Source of the DNA: a virus
Lineage: Duplodnaviria; Caudoviricetes
IMG/VR virus record: IMGVR_UViG_3300032007_000054
Coordinates: 1 to 64,000 of that record
Reading direction: 5' to 3' (one strand)
Length of the DNA: 64,000 bases
Shown: positions 56,056 to 64,000 of the stretch, one piece after another
How positions within the stretch are numbered: position 1 is the stretch's first letter
Layout: the number at the start of each line of letters is the position of its first letter
Program-made: the position numbers and the translations under genes
The notes under the pieces: model-generated
Seen by the model: only the letters and a program-made list of their open reading frames with translations
What the model was told of the DNA's origin: nothing
Databases searched by the model: none

Positions 56056-56445
56056 ATGGCAGAAAGTGATGTTATCGTTGAAAACGGCGAAGTTGCGCCG
56101 TTCGATATAGAAACCCAGGAAACTGGGATTGTTCCCGTGAATAACGGGGAAATTCAAGAAGTGACCGCCGGTCAGGCGGCCGTTGTATTAGGAACCACCA
56201 TGCTGGTGGGATATGGAATCGGCAAACTCGGTGAGTTTGTCTTTGATAAATGGGTTGGTCCAGCTTGTGGAAAGCTGGCTGACAAATGGAAAGAGCGTAA
56301 GGAGAGAAAAAACGCTAAGAAGCTGAAAGATCAGGTCGAAGTGACCGTGATTAAACCGGATGAATCCGAAAGTTCTGAAGAAGAACAGAAGGATAAATAT
56401 GAAAAAGCGTCGGAGAAGATTCGCGCAAATGGATATAAGAAATAA
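56056..56445 (+). CDS. Membrane-associated hypothetical protein in own cassette
   Basis: Promoter 55963, hairpin 55986-56009, GAAAGGAAAC RBS, terminator ~56470-56505. Confidence 0.65.
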   Translation: MAESDVIVENGEVAPFDIETQETGIVPVNNGEIQEVTAGQAAVVLGTTMLVGYGIGKLGEFVFDKWVGPACGKLADKWKERKERKNAKKLKDQVEVTVIKPDESESSEEEQKDKYEKASEKIRANGYKK

Positions 56446-56524
56446 TTGCTTTTGAAGCAGTTGTTGTAAAGGGGAGGAATCTTTTACAGATTCTTCTCCT
56501 TTTTTATTTTAAATAGGAGGTTCA

Positions 56525-57112
56525 GTGAACGAAAATCAGCAAATCGAACCTGTAGCAAAAGGGCAGATGTCAACAAATCGAAAAGGTGTATTCAGAAAGA
56601 TCTATGATGACATCATTGTGCCGAATGTAGAAGAATTAAAAAATAATTTTATTGATGATGTGATCGTTCCGCAGACAATGGACTGGATGTCGAGTCTGTT
56701 GTTTGGCATGCTGAACGAGATTTTTAAAACACCCGGAAGTTCATCCTCTTCTTATTTTTCGGGTCGATACAGAGATTACAACAAAGCTTACCGCAGCAGT
56801 TCCGGTTTGGGATCTTCTAGACGTACTGAACGGCGAAATGAATCTAGGCGGGATGATGTCCGGGATTGGGAACAGGTGTGTTTCGATACACGCTCTGACG
56901 CGGAGCGAGTGATCTCAAGTATGAAAGCCACGATCATGGATTATCAGGTTGTGACGATCGGTGATCTGTTCAGTTTCGCCGGAATCGAATCTAGCTGGAC
57001 AGATAATAAATATGGCTGGGCAGATCTCAGCCGGGCCAGAGCAGTACGCGGTCGGGATGGAAAATTCTATTTGGATCTTCCGAATCCGATGGCGATCGAT
57101 GATGACAATTAA
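56525..57112 (+). CDS. Conserved phage protein, paralog of 50501-50932
   Basis: GTG start with AGGAGG; FDTRSDAERV...TIGDL...WTD.KYGW.DL. Confidence 0.7.
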   Translation: MNENQQIEPVAKGQMSTNRKGVFRKIYDDIIVPNVEELKNNFIDDVIVPQTMDWMSSLLFGMLNEIFKTPGSSSSSYFSGRYRDYNKAYRSSSGLGSSRRTERRNESRRDDVRDWEQVCFDTRSDAERVISSMKATIMDYQVVTIGDLFSFAGIESSWTDNKYGWADLSRARAVRGRDGKFYLDLPNPMAIDDDN

Positions 57113-57136
57113 ATTCAAAATGGAGAAATAAAGGAT

Positions 57137-58063
57137 ATGAATGCAAAACTGGCAATGGAAAAAGCAGGGTTTGTCTTAAGACAGGCAAGCCCTGAGATTT
57201 TAATTGGTGTCGGTATTCTTTCCGGAATTGCTGCGATCTTTACAGCATGTTCCAAAATGAAGAAAGCCGAAGAAGTTACAGAAGAATTCCATGAAGAAAT
57301 GGAAGTTATTGCAGAGGAAGAAGAAAAAGGTACAAAAGAATATGCAGCAGCATCTTTTAAAGCCGGAACGAGATTGTTCGGACGTTATCTGAAGACATTC
57401 TGGCTGCCGATCCTGCTGGAGATCTTATCAATTATCGCTATTTGGTACAGTCACGGGATCATGGTAAAAAGGAATGCGGACCTGGTATCCGCCGCAATTG
57501 TTCTGACGCAGCAGCTTGATAAATATCGGGATCGGGTCCGGGAAAAGGTCGGTGATGAAATCGAGAATGATCTTTTCTATGGTGTCACCAATAAAAAAGT
57601 TGGTGAGACGATCGTTAAAGATGAAAAAGGAAAAGATAAGAAAGTGAAAGTCGTCGAAAAGATTATTGAAAACGGAGCTGAAGGGCCATTTGACCGGGTG
57701 TTTGATAAAAATAATCATAGTTTTCAAGGTCAGCCCGGTGCGGATATGGGATTCCTCAGAGCTGTTCGGACAAGTGCTGAAGATATTATGCGAGGCCGTG
57801 CAACAAAAAGCAGCAATGGCTGGATCACGATTAATGAAGTACTTACTCAACTTGGGTTTGAACCGGTAGAGAACGGATTTAATTGGGGTTGGGTGTATAG
57901 TCGTTTTGATCCGAAGTATCAATCGACTTATGTTGATTTCGGTGTGAATGATTATTCCAACATGGTTGTTCGTAATTTTGAAAATGGTCTGGAACCGGTG
58001 ATGCCTCTGCACTTCAACTGCAAACCATTTGAATTTAGTGAATTGAAGCTTGCGAAGATCTAA
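57137..58063 (+). CDS. DUF6353-like membrane-anchored protein
   Basis: SPEILIGVGI TM start; G.ITINEV...LG...GWVY...VDFG...LHFN. Confidence 0.7.
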   Translation: MNAKLAMEKAGFVLRQASPEILIGVGILSGIAAIFTACSKMKKAEEVTEEFHEEMEVIAEEEEKGTKEYAAASFKAGTRLFGRYLKTFWLPILLEILSIIAIWYSHGIMVKRNADLVSAAIVLTQQLDKYRDRVREKVGDEIENDLFYGVTNKKVGETIVKDEKGKDKKVKVVEKIIENGAEGPFDRVFDKNNHSFQGQPGADMGFLRAVRTSAEDIMRGRATKSSNGWITINEVLTQLGFEPVENGFNWGWVYSRFDPKYQSTYVDFGVNDYSNMVVRNFENGLEPVMPLHFNCKPFEFSELKLAKI

Positions 58064-58064
58064 A

Positions 58065-58154
58065 ATGAAAGAATTCATATCAATGACATTCGGAACTTTA
58101 TCCGCACTGTGTCTTATCGGGGGCATAGCGGTCCTCAATGGAGGATCTGCGTGA
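58065..58154 (+). CDS. 29-aa membrane peptide
   Basis: MKEFISMTFGTLSALCLIGGIAVLNGGSA; stop overlaps next GTG. Confidence 0.45.
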   Translation: MKEFISMTFGTLSALCLIGGIAVLNGGSA

Positions 58155-58306
58155 TCGATAAGCTTGATTATTTTTTGTGTACAGTAGATGGTCTGCTGGA
58201 CACGAGTACAAAACGCCATCTCTTCGGCGGCCTGCTGATGAGCATGGCGTTTTTATTTGCAGGAATGGCGATAACAGTAATCACGGTGAAGGAGGATAAC
58301 CACTGA
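58151..58306 (+). CDS. Small membrane protein
   Basis: GTG 58151 with GGAGG RBS; KRHLFGGLL...TM. Confidence 0.6.
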   Translation: MIDKLDYFLCTVDGLLDTSTKRHLFGGLLMSMAFLFAGMAITVITVKEDNH

Positions 58307-58953
58307 TGACCAAAACATTAATTGAAAAGATCCTGCTGTTTTTGGCAGGAAGCGGCACAGGCGGATTTGCTGCCTGGATGATTTTAAAAAAGAAATACGA
58401 TAAAAAGCTCGATGAAGAGATCGCAGAAATGCGAAATGTTATCGAAAAAGGCTACAGCGAAGGTCGTAAAGATCTTCCTCCTTTTGAGCCGGATGTTGAC
58501 GAATCTGATATTGAGATCGCAAAAAAAGTAAGCGAGAAGATCCTTCAAAATGCGAATGAAGCAAAGAATAAAGAAAACGTCCGCGAAATCCTGGAACGCA
58601 AGGGTTATGTAAACTATAACCATCCCGGTAATGAAGAGCCGGTCCGCAACGAAGTTCCGGAAGAATATGACCATATTCCTGAACCGGATGAGATCGAAGT
58701 TATCGCTCCGGAAGAGTATGGTGAATTACGTGATTATGATCAGGAAACGCTTTATTATCTGCGTGATAAGGTCCTTGTAGACAGCAAAGGACATGTAATT
58801 GAAAATGTAGGAGATTATGTCAGTTTTGATGCACTGGAACAGTTCGGCCTTTACGGTGAACCGGATTCAGTCTATGTGCGGAATCACCATAATCAGATGG
58901 ATGTAGCGATCTATCTGCGTGAAAATGAAACACTGGCAACTTTCTCCGGTTAG
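58306..58953 (+). CDS. Conserved phage protein
   Basis: N-terminal TM; VIAPEEYG...TL.Y..D.VL.D...VYVRN. Confidence 0.65.
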   Translation: MTKTLIEKILLFLAGSGTGGFAAWMILKKKYDKKLDEEIAEMRNVIEKGYSEGRKDLPPFEPDVDESDIEIAKKVSEKILQNANEAKNKENVREILERKGYVNYNHPGNEEPVRNEVPEEYDHIPEPDEIEVIAPEEYGELRDYDQETLYYLRDKVLVDSKGHVIENVGDYVSFDALEQFGLYGEPDSVYVRNHHNQMDVAIYLRENETLATFSG

Positions 58954-58961
58954 GAGGGTAA

Positions 58962-59516
58962 ATGCGAGATTATGAGCTTGAGAAAGGATATTTTGAATGG
59001 CTCTATGATCTCGTCTGCAATGATGGATATGTAAAGGAGCTCGATTATCAGGAGCTCCTTTTTCGTCTCCATCAAAAAGATTTTGTTTATATTCTGCCAA
59101 GAGATGAGAACCGTTTTCAGGACGGTGTAGCCATGCGGTATTACTACGGATATGAGGTAAATGCTCCAAGAGAGCAGATCACGGATGTTCTGGATAATCG
59201 TCCATGCAGTGTTCTCGAAATGTTGATCGCATTAGCGATCCGTATGGAGCAGGAGATCATGTCAGATACCGATTACGGAAACCGGACCTGGAAATGGTTC
59301 TGGAAAATGATGACCAATATGAATCTTGGCGGAATGACGAATGATAAATTCGACGGAAGATATGTGGACAGAGTTATAGAGCGTATGCTGGCTCGTAAGT
59401 ACGAAGCCAACGGAAGAGGAGGCTTATTCACGATCGCCAACTGTAAAGAAGATCTGAGGAACGTTGAGATCTGGACGCAAATGAACTGGTATCTTAACTC
59501 CGCAAGCGAGGTGTAA
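58962..59516 (+). CDS. Conserved phage protein
   Basis: YFEWL...D.NR..DG...R...CSVLEMLIALA...G.GGLF. Confidence 0.7.
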   Translation: MRDYELEKGYFEWLYDLVCNDGYVKELDYQELLFRLHQKDFVYILPRDENRFQDGVAMRYYYGYEVNAPREQITDVLDNRPCSVLEMLIALAIRMEQEIMSDTDYGNRTWKWFWKMMTNMNLGGMTNDKFDGRYVDRVIERMLARKYEANGRGGLFTIANCKEDLRNVEIWTQMNWYLNSASEV

Positions 59517-59720
59517 ATGGAAGCTTTGTATAAGAATAAATTTGAACGATTCCCGGCAGAGCAGTTGGAAAGCGATGCACTGGTGAAAGTCGGTGAGCGT
59601 CACGAAATGTATCTGAATGGCGGAACCTATCTGATTAAAAACGAAATGACCGGGCAATTATATCCGATCAGTAAAGAACTTTTTGAGTATTTATTTGAGA
59701 AAGAGGAAACAAATGAGTAA
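59517..59720 (+). CDS. Small hypothetical protein
   Basis: GAGGTG RBS; G..YPI.KELFE..F. Confidence 0.55.
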   Translation: MEALYKNKFERFPAEQLESDALVKVGERHEMYLNGGTYLIKNEMTGQLYPISKELFEYLFEKEETNE

Positions 59721-59961
59721 TGAAGAAATGAACTACAAGCTTGCTGTTGACAATGCAAAAGATATCCAGCGTCTTAGTGATGCAATGATCCTGCAGTCTG
59801 AGATCAATAAAAGTCATCGACGTGCCGGAATGTTTACAAGTCTTGGTTGTATGATCATGGCGGGTGTTATGTATTTTATTGTCGAAGCCGTTGCTGATCT
59901 TCAGAAACGCGTAAAGACGATCGAGGGTGTTGAAAAGAAGATTGACAATACCGAGGACTAA
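59713..59961 (+). CDS. Small membrane protein
   Basis: GAGG RBS, ATG 59713; TM helix. Confidence 0.6.
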   Translation: MSNEEMNYKLAVDNAKDIQRLSDAMILQSEINKSHRRAGMFTSLGCMIMAGVMYFIVEAVADLQKRVKTIEGVEKKIDNTED

Positions 59962-62900
59962 TGGACTTTCTAGAAATCTCCGAAGAAGAGACCAAAAAAG
60001 GTACGGAGATCGTTGCAGGGTTCATTGTCAATAATAGAACGACCGATTTGATGACCCGGGCCAAAGATTTTTATGCGGTCTGGGTCGAAGAACTTGGATT
60101 GTGGTCCACAGATGAACAGGATCTGATTGAGCTTGTAGATAAAGAGCTCGATCATTATTACAGTGAGCATCGTGGAAAATGGGAACGGAAGCCAAAGATC
60201 AGGCATCTGATCCGTGGTAAAAACAAAGCGATCGATGAGTTTCATCATTATTGCAAAGAGCAGCTTCGTGAAAACTGGCATCAGCTCGACGAGAAATTGA
60301 TATTCTCCAATCAGAAGACAAAAAAGAAGGATTATGCAAGCAAAAAGCTTGACTATCCGCTGGAAGAAGGTCCGCATGAAGCATGGGACCGGCTTATGTC
60401 TGTTTTATATTCTGATGAGGAGCGTCATAAAATTGAATGGGCGATCGGAGCCATCGTCAGCGGTGACTCCAAAAACATTCAGAAGTTTCTCGTGTTTTAC
60501 GGTCCACCGGCTTCCGGTAAGTCCACAGTTATCCATATTATCGAAAAATTATTCAAAGGGTATTGCAGTGTTTTTGATGCCAAAGCGCTTGGATCGACAA
60601 ATGAGTCATTTGCCATGGCTCCATTTAAATCCAATCCGCTCGTTGCATATCAGCATGACGGTGATCTTTCGCATATCGAAGACAACACCAGATTGAATTC
60701 GATCGTTTCTCATGAAACGGTATTGATCAATGAAAAGAATAAACCGCAATATCCGATGCGCATCAACAGTTTTCTTTTCATGGGCACCAACAAGCCGGTA
60801 CGGATCACAGACGGTAAATCAGGTCTGCTAAGACGGCTGATCGATGTCTCTCCGTCCGGCAAGAAGGTCCCGAAAAGAGAATATGATGCATTAATGAAGA
60901 TGATCGACTTTGAACTTGGTGCGATCGCGTGGCATTGCCGGCAAGTTTATTTGGACGATCCGCAATGTTATGATGAGTATACACCTTTGAATATGCTCGG
61001 TGCATCCAATGACTTTTATAATTTTGTCCTTGAAAAGTACTTCGAATACAAACAGAATGACCATGTCACATTGCAGGTCGCCTATGAGGACTATAAAAGT
61101 TATTGTGAAAGAGCGAATGCTTTCACAATGCCGATGCGGGCATTCAAAGAAGAATTAAGAAACTATTTTGTTGATTTTAAAGACCGGGCAACGCTTGAAG
61201 ACGGTACCCGGGTCCGAAGTTATTTCTCAGGATTCCGGGCAGATAAATTTGAGGAGAAATGGAAAAAGAAAGATGAGCCGAAAGAGGACCAGAAAAGGTC
61301 CTGGCTTGAATTCAAATTCCAGCCGTCACTGCTTGATATTTTGCTTGCTACTTGTGCAGCACAGTATGCCAACAGTGAAGGAACGCCTCTGAAAGCATGG
61401 GATAACTGCTTTACAAAACTGTCCGGGCTGGATACAAGCAAACTGCATTATGTGCGGGTTCCGCTGAACCACATTGTAATTGACTTTGATATTCCAGATG
61501 AAAACGGAAATAAGTGTTTTGAAAAGAATCTGGCTGAAGCTTCAAAATGGCCTCCAACTTATGCTGAACTAAGCAAATCCGGAGCCGGGATCCATCTACA
61601 TTATCTCTATCAGGGAGATCCGACAGAGCTTAAACCGATCTATAAGGAGCATGTCGAAGTCAAGGTGTTTAATGGTGCAAGCAGCCTGCGCAGACTGTTG
61701 ACAAAGTGTAATGATATTCCAGTCGCCACGATCAGCTCCGGTCTTCCATTGAAGGAGAAAAAGAAAGTGGTGAGTTTTGATTCGTTCACCAACGACAAAG
61801 CACTGGTCACTGCGATCAAGCGCAACCTGAATAAGGAAAATGTCGCCGGGACGAAACCAAGTGTGGAATTGATCTATAAGGATCTTGAAAAAGCTTATGC
61901 CAGCGGGATGCATTATGATGTGTCAAAATGGAAGCAGCCGATCTATGATTTTGCTTCCAACAGCACGCACCATGCCGGTTATTGTATCAAACTATTTAAT
62001 AAAATGAAGTTTTGCTCCGAGGATGTGGCAGAAGCCGAAATAAATAATGAGCTTCCCATTGTATTTTTCGATGTGGAAGTATTCAGTAATCTGCTTCTGA
62101 TCTGCTGGAAATATCCAGGCAAACAAAGTAAAGTCGTGAGGATGATCAATCCGAGTCCTGACGAAGTTCTTCATTTAATGACTAACTATCGTCTAATCGG
62201 GTTCAACTGCCGACGGTACGATAACCATATTTTGTATGCACGGAGCCTTGGAGCAAGTCTTGCCGAGATCTATGAAGTCAGCAAGGGCATTATTGCGAAG
62301 GATAAGAATGCCTTCTTTAAAGAAGCCTATAACGTATCTTATACAGATATTTATGACTTCAGCAGTAAGAAACAAAGTTTAAAGAAATTCGAGATCGATC
62401 TGGGGATCCATCATAAGGAACTTCCGATCCCATGGGATCAGCCGGTTCCTGAGGATCGCTGGGTCGAAGTTGCTGAATATTGTGACAATGATGTGATCGC
62501 GACTGAAGCGGTTTGGGAAGATCGTAAGGACGACTTTACCGCAAGGGAGATTCTGGCGGATATTGCCGGAATGAGTGTTAACGATACGACAAATACCCTG
62601 ACTACCAGGATCATTTTCGGTCAGGACCGCAGTCCGCAGAGTCAGTTTAATTATCGGGATCTGAGCAAACCGGTCGGACCGGAAAGATATTCAGAATACC
62701 GGTCGATGTTTGGAGATGACTATGAATTCAGAATATTCGATCAAAATGGTCTGCCAACCTACCAGCGATATGATGGTGGAGAAATACCTGAAGGATACTC
62801 TATTCTCCCATTTTTCCCAGGATACGTCTTCGATTCCGGGAAGTCGGTTTACCTGGGTGAAGAGATCGGTGAAGGCGGACGAGTCTACTCTGAACCCGGA

Positions 62901-63932
62901 ATGTATGGGAATGTGTGGGATGCAGATGTCACCTCCATGCACCCACACAGTATCTGGGCAGAGCGTCTTTTCGGACCAAAGTACTCTCGGAAATTCTACG
63001 ATCTTGTAGATATCCGTGTCGCAGTAAAGAAAGCGATCAAAACCGGAAACTTTGAAGATGCTTCAAAGATGATGGATGGAAAGCTGGCAAAATGGCTTAC
63101 AGATGCGGATCAGGCAGGCGGATTGGCAAATGCTCTGAAGATCGCTATCAACTCTGTATATGGTCTGACAAGCGCCAGGTTTGAAAATCCGTTCCGTGAC
63201 ATTCGGAATCGGGATAATATCGTTGCCAAACGCGGTGCGCTGTTCATGACACTCCTGAAGCATGAAGTTCAGAAGCAGGGGTATCAGGTGGCCCACATCA
63301 AAACGGACTCGATCAAGATCCCGAACTGGGATGAAAAGATATTTGAGTTCGTACGGAAGTTTGGGCATGAGTACGGATACAACTTTGAAACAGAAGCTGA
63401 CTTTGACCGTTTCTGTCTGGTGAATGACGCAGTGTATATTGCTCATGATAAAAACTGGGAAGAAGCTGCTAAAAAGAATCCGGAAATTGCCTGGATGAAA
63501 GGATGGACCGCAACAGGAACACAATTTCAGATCCCTTATGTGTTTAAAACATTGTTTGCAAAAACGGATATTCAATTCGAAGACATGTGCGAAACGAAGT
63601 CGGTAACATCTGCGCTCTATCTGGATATGGATGAAAATCTGCCGGAAGGAGAGCATAACTATCAGTTTGTCGGAAGAGTCGGCTTGTTCTGTCCGGTCAA
63701 GCCCGGATCAAACGGCGGACGGCTTGTTCGGGAAGCTATCGATAAAGACGGGAACGTCAAATATGACTCGGCAACCGGTGCGAAAGATTACCGCTGGATG
63801 GAATCGGAAGATATTCGTAATGCAAATCTATATAACATTATCGACAGAAGCTATTATGACAGGCTCGTCGAAGAAGCAATCAATGATATTTCACAGTACG
63901 GTGACTTTGAATGGTTCCGTGCTGTGAATTGA
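59961..63932 (+). CDS. Helicase-primase-DNA polymerase B fusion
   Basis: SF3-type Walker A GPPASGKST; AEP primase IDFD...SKSGAGIHLHY; exonuclease FDVEVF, GFN...YD; PolB motifs DVTSMHP, KIAINSVYG, HIKTDS. Confidence 0.88.
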   Translation: MDFLEISEEETKKGTEIVAGFIVNNRTTDLMTRAKDFYAVWVEELGLWSTDEQDLIELVDKELDHYYSEHRGKWERKPKIRHLIRGKNKAIDEFHHYCKEQLRENWHQLDEKLIFSNQKTKKKDYASKKLDYPLEEGPHEAWDRLMSVLYSDEERHKIEWAIGAIVSGDSKNIQKFLVFYGPPASGKSTVIHIIEKLFKGYCSVFDAKALGSTNESFAMAPFKSNPLVAYQHDGDLSHIEDNTRLNSIVSHETVLINEKNKPQYPMRINSFLFMGTNKPVRITDGKSGLLRRLIDVSPSGKKVPKREYDALMKMIDFELGAIAWHCRQVYLDDPQCYDEYTPLNMLGASNDFYNFVLEKYFEYKQNDHVTLQVAYEDYKSYCERANAFTMPMRAFKEELRNYFVDFKDRATLEDGTRVRSYFSGFRADKFEEKWKKKDEPKEDQKRSWLEFKFQPSLLDILLATCAAQYANSEGTPLKAWDNCFTKLSGLDTSKLHYVRVPLNHIVIDFDIPDENGNKCFEKNLAEASKWPPTYAELSKSGAGIHLHYLYQGDPTELKPIYKEHVEVKVFNGASSLRRLLTKCNDIPVATISSGLPLKEKKKVVSFDSFTNDKALVTAIKRNLNKENVAGTKPSVELIYKDLEKAYASGMHYDVSKWKQPIYDFASNSTHHAGYCIKLFNKMKFCSEDVAEAEINNELPIVFFDVEVFSNLLLICWKYPGKQSKVVRMINPSPDEVLHLMTNYRLIGFNCRRYDNHILYARSLGASLAEIYEVSKGIIAKDKNAFFKEAYNVSYTDIYDFSSKKQSLKKFEIDLGIHHKELPIPWDQPVPEDRWVEVAEYCDNDVIATEAVWEDRKDDFTAREILADIAGMSVNDTTNTLTTRIIFGQDRSPQSQFNYRDLSKPVGPERYSEYRSMFGDDYEFRIFDQNGLPTYQRYDGGEIPEGYSILPFFPGYVFDSGKSVYLGEEIGEGGRVYSEPGMYGNVWDADVTSMHPHSIWAERLFGPKYSRKFYDLVDIRVAVKKAIKTGNFEDASKMMDGKLAKWLTDADQAGGLANALKIAINSVYGLTSARFENPFRDIRNRDNIVAKRGALFMTLLKHEVQKQGYQVAHIKTDSIKIPNWDEKIFEFVRKFGHEYGYNFETEADFDRFCLVNDAVYIAHDKNWEEAAKKNPEIAWMKGWTATGTQFQIPYVFKTLFAKTDIQFEDMCETKSVTSALYLDMDENLPEGEHNYQFVGRVGLFCPVKPGSNGGRLVREAIDKDGNVKYDSATGAKDYRWMESEDIRNANLYNIIDRSYYDRLVEEAINDISQYGDFEWFRAVN

Positions 63933-63948
63933 TATTTAAAGGTCGTTT

Positions 63949-64000
63949 ATGAAAGAAAAAATAGAAAAGTTCTTTGCAAAATTAGTCGGATATATAGCCT
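63949..64000 (+). CDS. Start of next gene (truncated by window end)
   Basis: ATG 63949, open to end of window. Confidence 0.35.
   Translation, partial: MKEKIEKFFAKLVGYIA

Noticed and set aside
2659-63932. Inteins or introns in terminase or polymerase
   Set aside because: TerL is normal length, motifs are contiguous, and no C/S...HN splice junctions or LAGLIDADG motifs were seen.
233-63932. Stop-codon reassignment
   Set aside because: Core genes are full-length under the standard bacterial code and coding density is high; the split Dit is a single isolated case.

Overview
The window is the left ~64 kb of a temperate long-tailed dsDNA phage (siphovirus architecture), almost all on the + strand. 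Layout: packaging and head genes (HNH, terminase large subunit, portal, protease-scaffold-capsid polyprotein, 0.2-10.2 kb); tail genes with an embedded holin/M23 lysis cassette and a 3932-aa tape measure (10.2-28.6 kb); an unusually large, modular tail-fibre/receptor-binding region (28.6-41.6 kb); a putative attP plus a minus-strand tyrosine integrase (41.6-43.1 kb); an array of small genes each bounded by a conserved terminator-promoter-hairpin-RBS repeat (43.2-48.4 kb, more copies to 56.5 kb); conserved early/middle genes; and a 1323-aa helicase-primase-family B polymerase fusion. From memory (not searched), the gene set resembles Lactococcus phage 1706 / Rhodococcus ReqiPepy6-like phages. 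The host cannot be determined from the sequence. Strongest leads: (1) the integrase-adjacent repeat-bounded gene-cassette array; (2) a structured RNA at the left end whose loop is complementary to the ribosome-binding sites of several of the phage's own early/middle genes; (3) a Csx16-like candidate anti-CRISPR ring nuclease; (4) a tRNA-like small RNA within a cluster of promoter/terminator-bounded sRNAs; (5) a recurring x-x-His-small motif shared by the capsid scaffold and four GMKWG-type proteins; (6) a strand-biased TTCAAAATGG decamer at gene junctions. All family names are recognised by eye, and no database searches were run.
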